64,000 bases of DNA, taken from positions 672,001-736,000 of the forward strand of contig CBDCYI010000005.1 in NCBI GenBank assembly GCA_965224085.1, given 5' to 3'. Positions 21,456 through 32,582 of the stretch are shown here, in pieces; positions within the stretch are counted from its first letter, which is position 1; each line of letters begins with the position of its first letter. Position numbers and translations under genes: made by a program. The notes under the pieces were generated by a model. The model worked only from the letters and a program-made list of their open reading frames with translations, had not been told where the DNA came from and searched no databases. The stretch comes from Candidatus Marinacidobacterales bacterium (GTDB lineage: Bacteria > Acidobacteriota > Vicinamibacteria > Marinacidobacterales > SMYC01).

Positions 21456-22943
21456 TCATTTGGAGCTCGCCAGAGTTTCAAGATCAACGGGCCAGCGGGG
21501 ATGGCGTGCGGCCCGGATTTTTTCGATGGGACCCACGATGACCGTCACCATCTGGTCGCGCGCTAGATACTTGCCTGGCAACGCTCTTATCTGCTCCAGC
21601 GTAACTGCCCGTACTGCTTCCGGCCACTCGAGCACACGGTCCGTTGTGCCGTATCGGGCCGTCTCGACCGCGTACGTCTCACTTGCCTGACGAGCACCGT
21701 CCAGTGCCGCCTGCCACTTGCCCAGCACGAGCGCACCTTTTGCGCGTCCCAGCTCTTCCTCCGTGATGGCGTCCTCTGGCTCCTGTATTCGGTCAATCTC
21801 GTCAAGAGTGTACTTCACGAGGGGTGCGACCGATTCCAGGCGACCACCCGTGCGGACGTGCGCCAGCCCGGCCCCGCTGCCGGTCTCTGGTAACAAGAAA
21901 ACCGTTTTGTTCGCCAGCCCTCGGATCTCGCGGGCTGCGATGTTCAAGCGGATGCCGAAGATATGCGCAAGCACCGACACGGCGGCACGCTCCGATTCCG
22001 GAACCCCATCAAACGCGCACCCTACGGCTATCCAACCCTCGAGGCTCGGCGCGTCGACGGTGTGTACCAACTCCGGCTCTTTATCCAACTGAGGGAGGGA
22101 CGCCGTCTCCGGTAATCCTTTTGCTGGTTCCCACCCCATCGTCAGGTCATTCAGCGCAGCCACGACCTCGGGGCGCGGCACGTTGCCACCGATGCCTAGA
22201 ACCACAAGGTTCGCTCGCAAGCTCCGCGAGACGAGCGCCTGCACCCCCTCAGTCGTGACCGCCAGTCCAGGCTCTGGCGGCGCGAGAGGATAACCGCCAA
22301 GGATCCGCTCGAGCTCGACCTTCGGCCGGAACCCCTTGTCCGCGACACGGCGGGAGAAACCGTAACCTGGGCCGGTACGGTAGCTGCGAATAAAGCTATC
22401 TTTGAACTCGGAGCGCCGAAGGACATCGATCATCAGAGAGAGCGCCTCGCGCCAGTCCTCCGCCAGAACTTCCACCGAAATACGCGTCAAATCCATTGCT
22501 TCCTCGACCTCGAACCGGGTGGCTAAGCGATCGAGCCGCAGAGACAACGGACGCTCCGGCTCTGGCGGGCCGATTCGGGTCAGGATGCGAGTGATGAGCT
22601 CGGAAGCTCCAGCCTCGTTGGCTCGCTCATGGAGCCGGCCCAGCGGAAGAGCCGTGGTGATTCGCACAAGAGGATCCGAGCTCTCAGCGATAACGTAGGC
22701 GCGAACGCCACTATCGGTCGTCACCAAGGCCTCAGCAGGATCCGGTGGCTCGAAACGGCTCGGCGCAAATTGGTAGTCGCGGGGATGGGGCCAGTCATGA
22801 GCGAGCAAAGGGCGAGTGCGGCCTGGCAATGTTTCCTCTCTGCCCGCGGTGCCACCGTTACAAGCCACTGACCCCCAGGCGGTGATTACGGCGAATAACA
22901 CGATGAGCGCTACCGGCAAACGGCGCCACTCTTTGTTGCTCAT
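21456..22943 (-). CDS. M16 peptidase-like non-catalytic subunit, probable lipoprotein
   Basis: M16 architecture; HxxEH site replaced (ASELITRIL); GSVAC lipobox-like. Confidence 0.75.
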   Translation of the reverse strand: MSNKEWRRLPVALIVLFAVITAWGSVACNGGTAGREETLPGRTRPLLAHDWPHPRDYQFAPSRFEPPDPAEALVTTDSGVRAYVIAESSDPLVRITTALPLGRLHERANEAGASELITRILTRIGPPEPERPLSLRLDRLATRFEVEEAMDLTRISVEVLAEDWREALSLMIDVLRRSEFKDSFIRSYRTGPGYGFSRRVADKGFRPKVELERILGGYPLAPPEPGLAVTTEGVQALVSRSLRANLVVLGIGGNVPRPEVVAALNDLTMGWEPAKGLPETASLPQLDKEPELVHTVDAPSLEGWIAVGCAFDGVPESERAAVSVLAHIFGIRLNIAAREIRGLANKTVFLLPETGSGAGLAHVRTGGRLESVAPLVKYTLDEIDRIQEPEDAITEEELGRAKGALVLGKWQAALDGARQASETYAVETARYGTTDRVLEWPEAVRAVTLEQIRALPGKYLARDQMVTVIVGPIEKIRAARHPRWPVDLETLASSK

Positions 22944-22958
22944 GTCCCTGACCTCTCT

Positions 22959-24542
22959 CTAGTGCTCCGCGAGCGGCCTCTGACGCGATGTGGCAATCAC
23001 CCGGTTATAGGGGACAAGATATCGCTCGGCGACCCGCCGGACGTCTTCTGCCGAGGAAGTCTCGCGTGCTTCCATGTGTGAGTGGAGAACCTTCCAGCTA
23101 TCCATCACGTCGAAACTTCCCAGCACTTTGGCCAGGCTGGCGCGATTCGAGCGCAGATCGTCCCAACCCAACCGCATGTGTTTGCGTGCTCGCTCGAGGG
23201 CGCGCGCATCGATTCGTCCTTGCCGCAAGTTCTCGACCGCTCGAAGGATGGCTCTCTCGATGGCGGGGAGGTCGTCATCGCGCCGTCCAGAGCCGACAAT
23301 GCTAATCACGTACGGCACCCCAACGCGCGGCGCGGAGGCCTCGAAGTCAACCGGTTGCATCAAGGCGCCGCCGTCGCTCCCTGCCATGAAACCGGTGCCG
23401 ATCATGCCATGCGATCCTGTCAGCAGTGCCGCGATCGTGTCGAATACCGGGCGATCCGGATGACCCACACCCGGCATGCGGTAGCGAATAAAGACCCGAG
23501 GGTCCAGGGGTTCCATCCACTCGAGCCGGATGGCGCCTCCCGGAACCGGCTCCGCCTCGTAGTCCATGCGGGCGGGCGGTTCCGCACCTTTGCTCACGCT
23601 GCCGAAGTATCGCTCGGCCAGAGGTCGTACCTGAGAAAGCGTGAGGTCTCCCACGAGAACGAGTCTCGCATTGTTGGGCACAAAGTAAGCGTCGTACATG
23701 GGCAACATGTCGGCGCGATTGAAGTACGCGAAATCCCGTAAATGCCCACCGGCGGGGTGAGCCACGGGGTGAGCCAGGAATGTGACCCCGTCCAGCGCCT
23801 CATAGTCAAACCTGGTCGCCGCACGGCCCTGTCGGTTGAGCCTTTGCTCCAGCACAGTAAACCGCTGGGCCTCCCAGCCTCGAAAGACAGCGTTGACCAT
23901 CCGGTCCGCCTCGAGCCGAAAGAACAGCTCGAGGCTTTCCTTGGGCAGGTCGATATCAATCTCGATGTGCTCCTTGAAGGTGGTCGCCGGGACGGGATCG
24001 GTATGCTGCATGAGGGCGCCGTGGCGCAGATACCAGTTGTACTCTGCCCAGAAATCGCGGTACTCGGAATCCTGGTCTTCGAGCTCGTGAAGCCGGTGAC
24101 GCACCTCGTCCATGCCGCTGGTCGTCGGCCACTCGAGCTCGTCGTAGAAGACGTCTCGCTCTCGCAGGCGATTCCTCTGCCCATTCCTGATCTGCAGTAG
24201 CCTCTGCTCGGTCTCGTAAATCTCGCGGAGGATCGGCACTTCCGCTTCAAAGTCCTTGGTCCCGACCGAAGTCGTACCCTGGAACACCATGTGCTCGAGG
24301 AAGTGCGCCGCACCGTGCTCGCCCTGGGCCTCTGCGATCGACCCCACGCGATACCAGAGACTCGCGGCGACGCGGGGGACCCGGTGATCCTCCATGACTA
24401 ACACCCGGAATCCGTTGTCGAGCACGAGCTCTTGAATCTCCACCGCCGGGAATTGGGAGGAGGGGGGGCTCGATAGCAGTGCATCGGTTCCCAGCAGCAC
24501 TCCGATCGGGAACAAAGCTACCCTCATCCATGTCTTGGTCAT
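22959..24542 (-). CDS. M16 (pitrilysin-family) zinc peptidase, exported
   Basis: LDNG, WYRVGS, GAAHFLEHM, YFVPNNA; signal peptide. Confidence 0.9.
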   Translation of the reverse strand: MTKTWMRVALFPIGVLLGTDALLSSPPSSQFPAVEIQELVLDNGFRVLVMEDHRVPRVAASLWYRVGSIAEAQGEHGAAHFLEHMVFQGTTSVGTKDFEAEVPILREIYETEQRLLQIRNGQRNRLRERDVFYDELEWPTTSGMDEVRHRLHELEDQDSEYRDFWAEYNWYLRHGALMQHTDPVPATTFKEHIEIDIDLPKESLELFFRLEADRMVNAVFRGWEAQRFTVLEQRLNRQGRAATRFDYEALDGVTFLAHPVAHPAGGHLRDFAYFNRADMLPMYDAYFVPNNARLVLVGDLTLSQVRPLAERYFGSVSKGAEPPARMDYEAEPVPGGAIRLEWMEPLDPRVFIRYRMPGVGHPDRPVFDTIAALLTGSHGMIGTGFMAGSDGGALMQPVDFEASAPRVGVPYVISIVGSGRRDDDLPAIERAILRAVENLRQGRIDARALERARKHMRLGWDDLRSNRASLAKVLGSFDVMDSWKVLHSHMEARETSSAEDVRRVAERYLVPYNRVIATSRQRPLAEH

Positions 24543-24572
24543 CTTGCTACTCCTCTTCTTCCGAGGTTACAG

Positions 24573-24617
24573 AGAAGCCCGGAGAGGGATACCTGGCGGA
24601 GCCCTCCCCCGGCTTCC
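24573..24617. terminator. GC-rich hairpin between the GGT and M16 genes
   Basis: GAAGCCCGGAGAGGG ... CCCTCCCCCGGCTTC imperfect inverted repeat. Confidence 0.35.
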
Positions 24618-24624
24618 AGCTTAC

Positions 24625-26361
24625 TTAGAACCCTGCTGCGTGGCCGAGCCGTCGCGGATCGGTAACCCCGTGTAGCTTCCCGGTGGTTGGGTCACGCCAG
24701 ATGATTTGCATCGACCCGGTATGCCAGTTGTAGGGACCCAGGTGTTCGAGCTCGATGCCGCGCGCCGCCATCCCTTTGCGTACCTCCTCGGAAATCCTCG
24801 ATTCGATCGCGAGGACACGCTCGGCGGTGCGGAACGCGAAGAAGCGGGTTTCATCGGCCGCTTCTGTGGGATGCATGCCGAAATCGATGATATTGACCAG
24901 CACCTCCGTCACCGGCTGGGGCGGCACACCCGGAGAGCCCAGCGACAGCCAAGGTTTGCCGTCTTTGGCCACGATCGTACCGGTGCTGTTGGGACTGACG
25001 CGACGCCCCGGCCCCACTGTCTGCCCGGGGAATCCGCTACCCCTGGCTCGAATGCCATCGATGAAAGTTCCCGGAGCTCCTCCGTGCCCGGTATGCAACG
25101 AGGAGATCCAGTTTCCTTCCGCGTCCACGATCACATTGTGGTTACTCTCGTCGACTGTCGGCAGCCCCTCCAGCACGCGGGCGAGACGAGCGGCTCCGGT
25201 CTCGTTGCTTGCCGTTGTCGACTTCTCGGGCGGCGTCAGGTCCACGTTCGGCAGCACCATGGTGGCGCGCACATAGTCGGCCCCGATCTTGGCGTAGTCC
25301 TTCGAAAGCCAGATCTGGGACGGGATCTGAAAGCTCAGGGGGTCGGCGATCGCGTAGCGAAGATCGTCCTCGACCCGGCCGAAGGCGCGTGTCATGATCT
25401 CCAGCGTATCCACTGACTCGCTATAATGCCCCAGGCTCTCGAGGTCGAAGTTTTCCAGGATGTTCAAGTTGTAGCCGATCTGGATGCCGCCCTTCTTCGG
25501 AGGCGGCTCGCTGAAAATCTCATACCCCCGGTACGTCGTGCGCACCGGCTCTCCCCACCGCACCTCGAAACCTGCCATGTCCTCCATGCTCACGCAGTAA
25601 CCCTTCTTCCTGGTCTCACGCACGAACTTCTGTCCCCAGGCGCCGGTGTAAAGGTAGTCCGCTCCCTCGGAGGCGATCTTCCGCAGAGTCTCCGCTAACT
25701 TTGGCATCTTCCAGCGATGACCCACCGGGACCAGATGCCCGTCCGGCATGTAGAACTCGCTGGCCTCTTTGTTTTTCTGGATCAAGTCGCGGTTTTCCCA
25801 GGAGTTGTAATTGCTGGCGAACATGAACGAGGTGACCAGGACGCCTTCCTCTGCCGCGGCAATCGCCGGTTCGACATAGCTCGGCCACTCCCGGGTGCCG
25901 AAGCGCTTGGCCAGCGCCTCGAGGCCGAGAACTTTGCCTCCGATCGCCACCTGTGATGGGTCGCCTTCGCCGCAGCGTCCGGCGAGCGGCCGCTCGGAAT
26001 AGGACTCAAAGACGTGATACTTCCCCGTGGTTGCCTCATAGTAAAGCCCTCCCATCGCGCCGAAGAGAGAGACCTGGTGGTAGTCGACCACATTCTGCAG
26101 GAACACCGCCGTGATGAAGGCGTCGATGGCGTTTCCTCCCTCGCGCAGCACCTGGAGCGCAGCTTCCGTCACAATGGGTAGCTGCGTGCTCACCATCACG
26201 CTCTCTCCCACCGCCTCCTTCTTTGGTCCCTGGTTGAGCAGCGGATCCCTCGGATCCGTAGGTAGGTTGGCGAGACTCTTCTGCGCCCTGGTCTCCGGAG
26301 CGATGCTGCCGGCGACGACGAACGCCATGAGTGCCAAAGTCACAAATCTCAAACAACGCAC
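24625..26361 (-). CDS. Gamma-glutamyltransferase-family Ntn-hydrolase, atypical active site
   Basis: GGNAIDA, LAETLRKIA, VDAEGN, LGSPG, DPRR; GTG start with GGAGG RBS; signal peptide. Confidence 0.85.
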   Translation of the reverse strand: MRCLRFVTLALMAFVVAGSIAPETRAQKSLANLPTDPRDPLLNQGPKKEAVGESVMVSTQLPIVTEAALQVLREGGNAIDAFITAVFLQNVVDYHQVSLFGAMGGLYYEATTGKYHVFESYSERPLAGRCGEGDPSQVAIGGKVLGLEALAKRFGTREWPSYVEPAIAAAEEGVLVTSFMFASNYNSWENRDLIQKNKEASEFYMPDGHLVPVGHRWKMPKLAETLRKIASEGADYLYTGAWGQKFVRETRKKGYCVSMEDMAGFEVRWGEPVRTTYRGYEIFSEPPPKKGGIQIGYNLNILENFDLESLGHYSESVDTLEIMTRAFGRVEDDLRYAIADPLSFQIPSQIWLSKDYAKIGADYVRATMVLPNVDLTPPEKSTTASNETGAARLARVLEGLPTVDESNHNVIVDAEGNWISSLHTGHGGAPGTFIDGIRARGSGFPGQTVGPGRRVSPNSTGTIVAKDGKPWLSLGSPGVPPQPVTEVLVNIIDFGMHPTEAADETRFFAFRTAERVLAIESRISEEVRKGMAARGIELEHLGPYNWHTGSMQIIWRDPTTGKLHGVTDPRRLGHAAGF

Positions 26362-26757
26362 GACTGCCTCCTTTCTTGTCTTGCGGAGCCCGGTCCTCCT
26401 TGCGTCACGCAGACTCTCGATGATCGCAGACTGGGTGTATCGCAATCTCGATGCCAACAAGAACCCGGTTGGCAATCATCCTCTCGAGCAACGAGCTCAA
26501 GCTAGGGGCTAGTCCACTGGATCTTTGATTACTATACAAAGTTAGGCTTTTCGCCAGCCCATAAGATTCATAAGATTCATGCACTTAGAAGGGTTTCGGC
26601 AAGCTCTGCTTTATCTAGTTTTTTCTGATACAGGGGACTAGAGTACAATGGCCACCCCACCTCATCGTCACGCAACTGCGACAGAATCGCGAGGTGGCCA
26701 TACTTCCGTTCAGACCAGACCCGAACTCTTTCTATCTCCTCCAGTCCTCCAGCTAGA

Positions 26758-29604
26758 TTAGAAGGAAAACCGCGCGCCCACCCGCAGGGTACGAGGAAGA
26801 TCAATTTGGGCCGGCCTGAGGAAATTGCCATGGTCGAACCGCAGCGAATCCACCGCGAGGACGGTGCTTCTGTTCAAAGCGTTGAAGATGTCGGCCACCA
26901 GACTCAGTCTCCCCCTGCCCATTTCAATCTGTTTTTCCGCGCGGAACGAGAGCAGGTGCCGGAAGTCTTGGCGGTTCGTTCCTCTCGGCTGACCGGCGAC
27001 GTCGATGAAGCTCTCCGCGACAATCTCTGGGTGATCGCTGCGGCTGAAGCGAACCGTGTACGCACCCAGTATGTCCGACGGGAAACCCGAGTTGGGCTTG
27101 ATCGGAAAGCCGGAAATCCCCTGGTAGAACGCGCTCACCATGATTTCGTAAGGAGCCTCGTAGCTCCCGAAGAGCTTGAGCTGGAAGGGAGAGTCCAAGT
27201 CGAGCGGACCGTCAATATTAAGAAAGGTGTTCGGGTTGTCGTAGACTCGGTGCCCTCCCCAGGTGGCGCCGAAACTGTTGCCGATGTTGCCGTCGGAGCG
27301 GCCGAGGTTGAGCGAGCCAGTAAACTGCCAGCCGTCGCTCATCCGCTTGCGAGCTACGATCTCGATTCCTTTGTAGTCCCGCTTGAGAACCACCGGATCG
27401 GTGGGGTTGGTGAGAAATCGGATCCGCTGCACACCTTGAAGGCTCTCGTCCAATGCAAAGATGGTCAAGGGTTGGCCGTCAATTGGGTTGATTACAGTGA
27501 ACGGGTTATATTTGTCGAAAGGCTTGGATAGATCAATCGTTTCGATAATGTCCCGCTCTCTCTTGAAGATCCCGGCCACGGACACGACGAAGTTATCTCC
27601 CAGCTGCTGGTCCACGCCCAGGTGAAGCGTATCTACGTACGGCTGTATCAAGTCGGGGTCGAAGCGATTCAGATTTGACCGCGTATCGTTGCGCAGGGTG
27701 CCCTGCTCGCCGTCCTGGAACTTGAGGTCACCGTTGAGGTCCATCCAGTCGAACTCCTGGTAGCCGGCCTGGCCGCGGTTGGCAGTGAGAACGTGCTGGT
27801 TGAGAAGGGACATGTAATAGCGGCCATAACTCGCCTTGACAGAAGTCTTTTGATCGCCTCTGACATCCCATACCGCTCCGAGCCGTGGCGCCGTGTTGAA
27901 CCAGCTGATCTGGTCGCGTTCCTCTGGGAAGTTCTCGACGGGGAACCACATGCCCCCTCCACTTTGCTGGTCGGGCTGCCAGCCTTCGGTCCACTCGGAG
28001 CGCACGCCCAGGCTTAGTGTGACGCGGTCTCCTATGGTCCACTCGTCCTGGAGGAACAGGGCGTTAAACGTCACATTGGTTCTGGGCTCCCTCGGTGTAT
28101 TGTAGAGTCGAACCCGGTGCGGCACCCCGCTTCGAGTCCGGAGGTGCGTGTCCCCGAAAATGTCTCGGACCCGCGCAAAGGGAGAGAATTCGTTAATATA
28201 CCCTGCCTTGATGCTGTGTGTGCCAGCCCACTCATCGACGTAGTGCGAGATGTTGCCCTTGATCGTCCTCTTGTCCCGCCGGAAGGTGGGGCCCCGTGTG
28301 CCGGTCCAACCTCCAGAGTCGAGCCCGGTCACGAGGTCACGAGTGCCTACTGCGTCGAGGCCGAATTCCTCTCGGAAATTGACGAGAGCCTGGCTGAACA
28401 GCGCTTCCACGAACGTGGAGTGGCTCAGCGTGTGAATCACCGAGCCTTGAATAATGCTCTGGTCCCTGAAGGCTCGCCGCCAGGTCTCCGGTGCATCGTT
28501 GGTCCTGAAGCTGGCGTTGCCGGGAAATTCCTCGCGGTTTATCTTGGTGTAAGAGCCGAGTGCCCGGGTCTGCTCAGTGAGCTGCGCTGTGAACTTCACG
28601 AAAGCGTGCCGTTCATCGAGTCTGGGGTCGCGAGCTGGGAAGTCCGGCTGGGTCCGTTCTACATCGAACCAGCGGACGTTACCAAAGAACCAAACCCTAT
28701 CTCGCTTCAGTGGCCCGCCCAAAACGAATCCGTACTCCAAGTTCTTTTTTTCGGTCGTTCCTTTTTCGAGCCCCTGGGCACGAAGTTCGTCGGTGAGGTT
28801 GTCCCCTTGCAAGCTATCGTTCACCAAGAAGAAGTTGGCCTCGCCGCTCAGCTCGTTCCCTCCCGACTTGGTGATGAGATTGAAAACCGCGCCACTGGCC
28901 TGGCCAAACTCGGCAGAAATGCCCCCCGTGGTGATCTGAACCTCTTCCACGATGTCATATGGGATAGGCATGGCATTGTATCCGACCGTGGTGTCGTTGG
29001 TGCCGGCCCCATCGAGGTTATAGAGGTTGTCCCGAACCGAGCTACCGTGAACTGTTTGGGCGGGCGAGAAACCATACTGGCTATCGACGATGCCCGGAGC
29101 GCTAACAAGGATCTCCTCAATCCTGCGATTGGTAGGAATATTCTCGATGATTGCGGTTTCCACTGTCCGCATCGTCTCCGCGCCTCTGACGTCAACGAGC
29201 GGCGATTCTCCGATGACGGTAATGGTCTCCTCGACAGGACTCAACTTGAGGTTAAAATCGATTTTTATTGATGAACCCGCCTGCAGCTCGATACCCTCGT
29301 GAGTGATGGTCTGGAAGCCTTGAAGCTCAACCCTCACGGTGTAGAAGCCAGGGGGGAGGTTCGGCACGCGATAGGTTCCGGTCTCGGTAGTGACACGAAC
29401 CTCCGCCTCCTTGATAAACTGTGGACTGTTTATTGTGACCGTCACTCCAGGGACGGCCAGGCCGGACTCGTCGGCGACCTTCCCATAGAGGGTTCCCGTC
29501 AGCTCTTGCGAGAAGACGGTGCCCGCTCCGACTAGTAATACGAGCAGGGTCAACATAGGCGGAGGCGCCAAGTTGCGCACCACTTCGGATAACTTGTGCG
29601 GCAT
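26758..29604 (-). CDS. TonB-dependent receptor with carboxypeptidase-regulatory-like N-domain (Oar-like)
   Basis: PGVTVTI, ETITV TonB-box-like, SAEFGQASGAVFNLITKSG plug motif, C-terminal ARFSF. Confidence 0.92.
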   Translation of the reverse strand: MPHKLSEVVRNLAPPPMLTLLVLLVGAGTVFSQELTGTLYGKVADESGLAVPGVTVTINSPQFIKEAEVRVTTETGTYRVPNLPPGFYTVRVELQGFQTITHEGIELQAGSSIKIDFNLKLSPVEETITVIGESPLVDVRGAETMRTVETAIIENIPTNRRIEEILVSAPGIVDSQYGFSPAQTVHGSSVRDNLYNLDGAGTNDTTVGYNAMPIPYDIVEEVQITTGGISAEFGQASGAVFNLITKSGGNELSGEANFFLVNDSLQGDNLTDELRAQGLEKGTTEKKNLEYGFVLGGPLKRDRVWFFGNVRWFDVERTQPDFPARDPRLDERHAFVKFTAQLTEQTRALGSYTKINREEFPGNASFRTNDAPETWRRAFRDQSIIQGSVIHTLSHSTFVEALFSQALVNFREEFGLDAVGTRDLVTGLDSGGWTGTRGPTFRRDKRTIKGNISHYVDEWAGTHSIKAGYINEFSPFARVRDIFGDTHLRTRSGVPHRVRLYNTPREPRTNVTFNALFLQDEWTIGDRVTLSLGVRSEWTEGWQPDQQSGGGMWFPVENFPEERDQISWFNTAPRLGAVWDVRGDQKTSVKASYGRYYMSLLNQHVLTANRGQAGYQEFDWMDLNGDLKFQDGEQGTLRNDTRSNLNRFDPDLIQPYVDTLHLGVDQQLGDNFVVSVAGIFKRERDIIETIDLSKPFDKYNPFTVINPIDGQPLTIFALDESLQGVQRIRFLTNPTDPVVLKRDYKGIEIVARKRMSDGWQFTGSLNLGRSDGNIGNSFGATWGGHRVYDNPNTFLNIDGPLDLDSPFQLKLFGSYEAPYEIMVSAFYQGISGFPIKPNSGFPSDILGAYTVRFSRSDHPEIVAESFIDVAGQPRGTNRQDFRHLLSFRAEKQIEMGRGRLSLVADIFNALNRSTVLAVDSLRFDHGNFLRPAQIDLPRTLRVGARFSF

Positions 29605-30021
29605 TTTCCTGTCTCCTTTCAGGATTTGAATCGGACCCAGTTAACGAACGAAAGGGAAACTTCGTATGGGAGTTCATCCGACATGGACCCGTGGCGAATA
29701 AATGCTTTACCGTCAAGAGGTTCCATTGGGAATAATAAGGTTCTGTTCGGAATGAGATACACTCCTGATAACCCACTTCTTATTCGGCGCAAACTGTGTG
29801 CCATGTATGGGCAGACCGCCCCTGGCTGTAAGTAATTCTAATACAATGGGTTAGAGCCGAAAGGAGAAGACCGAGAGATTAACCTATCCAGATGTTTGGA
29901 TGTTACTAACGATTTAGTTAACAAACCTTCACCAAAGCCATATCCCCACATCGATTTTAACCCCTTGAAAACAAGAAGATGGAAATCTCTATTCGATGGA
30001 CTTATACCTATTCAATCTTTT

Positions 30022-30290
30022 GGAGTCAAGCCCATTCTTAGTTGAAATGTTCCACGGCTCCCGGTTCGTTTAAGCAACGTTCTTCCTCGACGTATTCTTT
30101 TTCGCGGTCTCGATCTTCAGTTCACGCTTGAGTGCTTCACGCAGCTTTGGAAGGTGTCGGTAGCCCATCACCTTCCGGAGGCGCGGCTCGATGTCGGTGA
30201 GCGCGGTCGCGAGCCAGCGTTGGCGTTGGTTCGAAGTCTTCCAGTGATCGACCTTCGCGCAACGTTCCTTTACACTTCGAACGGCCACAT
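30022..30290 (-). mobile_element. IS256-family 3' fragment and right end
   Basis: RWLATAL..EPRLRKVMGYRHL; end GGAGCCG..TTCAAC like 9209-9233. Confidence 0.8.
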
Positions 30291-30319
30291 CTGCTTTAAA
30301 CGTACGGGTTTACATGCGT

Positions 30320-30562
30320 TTAGCCGGCGGAAGCTCCGCCTAGGGGGTCTCCAGTTCCGTGAGCGAGGATGTCCTCGTCGGGCACCTCAAGAACGGGGAA
30401 GCCGGGCCCTTCGAAGAGGCGGCCCCGAACTTGGGCCTCCTGGATCGCCAGCACGCCTCGGCAGAAGGGGTCGTGGTTCCAGTACCCGCGCTTGAGCGTG
30501 CCGTAGACGAAGAGTCTTAACACGCCGGAAGTGTTCTCTTTCAGGGGTTCTCTGGGTTTCAC
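30320..30562 (-). pseudogene. Gamma-glutamylcyclotransferase (AIG2-like) N-terminal fragment
   Basis: LFVYGTLKRG..NH motif; truncated. Confidence 0.75.
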
Positions 30563-30591
30563 TCAGGAGTTGTCCTCCAGTCCGTGAAAGG

Positions 30592-30790
30592 TGACCTGAC
30601 CCCACGGTTAGCACCACGTTGTATCTCAGTCATTCGGTGCTGACAATGGCTGGTTGAAGCCGGCGGAGCGGAGCCGGTTTCAACCGAATCGTTTCCGGCG
30701 CTGGCGGTCGGTAACCTAACGAGCTGTGGGGTCTGAAGCGATTGAACTCTTGCCGCCACCTTTCGATCAATACCTTGTCCTCCTTCAAGT
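30592..30790 (-). mobile_element. IS3-family orfB C-terminus and right end
   Basis: Frame KVLIERWRQEFNRFRPHSSLGYRPPAPE; end ...GGGGTCAGGTCA. Confidence 0.75.
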
Positions 30791-31316
30791 GCTCAGGGAA
30801 ACAACGTCCAGAAACGGGATGTCACGCTCCCGGGCGAAGATTTGGACCCAGGTCCTGGGGAAAGATGGATATCAATAAGGCCAGGGCCGCACCTGGACCA
30901 GAACGGGCTAGGCCAGCTACGCCGCGGTAGCCCCGATCTCGATTCTGGGCCTCCCGGATGGCTTCTTTTCCGACGCTGCACGGCCCTGTCAGCGGCCCGC
31001 TCCCCCCTTTGGCGCGAACATGGCACTCGAAAATCGAGATTAGAGACGAAAACCGGTGCTTCCGCAATCAAGTGTTGGTGGCCGCCGCGTAACCCGTTCT
31101 CGTGCTAGAGGTTGAGCCTGATTTCGAGAGACGCAGTTCTTTCGGCGATGCCGGCTGCGCTGACCACGTGGTGCCTGACATTCAGGGACATCTTCGTGTG
31201 CACGCCGACATCCTTATTTATGGCGTTCGCCGACACGGGCAGGCCAACTGACACTAGCGTACCAATCACTCTGAAGTTAACTTCTCGCTCGCGACGCGTG
31301 GGCTTATACTCGCCAC

Positions 31317-31664
31317 ATGGATATGTGGGATCAACAAGATGGTGAGAGTGCGAAGGCGTGGGCGGCGTTCATCGTCTATCGTAGTATGGGCCCGAACCGT
31401 ACGTTGCGGGCGGCGGCTGCGGCTGCTGCGGAGCTTTCACCTAGCCTGAACACTTGGAAGGGCTGGGCGAATCGTGGGGCTTGGCGTGCCCGGGCAGCGG
31501 CATGGGATGCGGCGGCGGACCGCCAGGGGATGGAGGACCACACGGTGGACGATCGACCGCAGCGGAAGCAGGACTGGGGCCAGGTGCTGGACCGAGCCCG
31601 CGCGGACTCGCGAACGCGCCCCAGTGTCAGCCGCTACCGAGTACGACGCGGCCTTCCGGAATGA
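31317..31664 (+). pseudogene. Phage-type HTH (terminase small subunit-like) N-terminal fragment
   Basis: WDQQDGESAKAWAAFIVYRSMGPNRTL..W..RAAAWD resembles a phage protein family (from memory). Confidence 0.45.
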
Positions 31665-31699
31665 CGCGGGCGGCTACTTTCTGCCTGCCGACGCCAGCT

Positions 31700-31845
31700 C
31701 TCCTGCATTTGGTCGTAAACGTTCCCGCGCGGTTTCAAAGATAATCCGTTGTGTCCGAAACTTCCGCGCCAGATTATCCAAGTCGATGGCCTCGATCTTC
31801 GTCACGTCCAGCTTGCCCTCAACGATTGGGGCACGCTTCGCGATC
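31700..31845 (-). pseudogene. Type III restriction enzyme Res-like internal fragment
   Basis: Frame APIVEGKLDVTKIEAIDLDNLARKFRTQRIIFETAR resembles BPTD_3080-type Res proteins (from memory). Confidence 0.4.
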
Positions 31846-32208
31846 TTTATGGTCTATTTCAACAGGGCCGCGTTTTGGCACAGGACGGGGAAGTCCCTCG
31901 TAAATGGCACGGCAAGCCCACACGCGGTCGACTGCATCCACAGAGGACAAACCAAAAAAGGTGTTGACACAGGGCGCATTAGCCGCGCGCGAAATCGCCC
32001 CTGCCCTCACCGTTGTTGGGGTTCTGTCACTGAAGCACTTTGAGGCAGTGTGTCCGCGGGAATATGCTGGTGGAAAAGGTCTTCATCACCTAGTTGATCA
32101 AGTTCGCGAATCCTACTCATAGGTTTGTCGGATCTTACCTATGCGGCTGTGTCGCCTGGCGCTACTCCTCTCAGATTCGTCGGCCGGCCGATAAGGTGAT
32201 GTCTTAAG

Positions 32209-32582
32209 ATTCCTGTCAAAGAAAAACGATGTATGGTTCCCCAAGCTCAAACCCGTCCCCGTCATGGGGACAGAAAAGGAGAACCATACATCATGGGAAA
32301 GGTACTACCGAGTCAGCGATTGCTCAAGCAGTTCGAGGAACAACTGGTATTTGGGGAGATGAATCTCTCGGAGATCGTCCGGTCGGGAGCTCAGATGATG
32401 CTTCAATATGCGTTGGAGCGCGAGGTGACGGAGGCGTTGGGTCGAAACTACTATGAGAACGCTCCGGCAACGACGAAGGAGAAGGGACGACGCAACGGGT
32501 ATGAGTCGCATCGGGTCCTCACGGGCGAGGGAGCGGTAACGGTGCAAGTGCCGCGGGTACGAGAAACAGAGAAGGTGTTTCA
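32209..32582 (+). mobile_element. IS256 left end and 5' transposase fragment
   Basis: LEREVTEALGR, RNGY, QVPRVRE; near-identical to 35926-36239. Confidence 0.85.

Noticed and set aside
21456-24542. PqqF/PqqG protease pair for PQQ biosynthesis
   Set aside because: Both proteins have export signals and no pqqA-E genes are nearby
26560-26580. CATAAGATT direct repeat as an operator
   Set aside because: Only two short copies and no supporting regulator or second site
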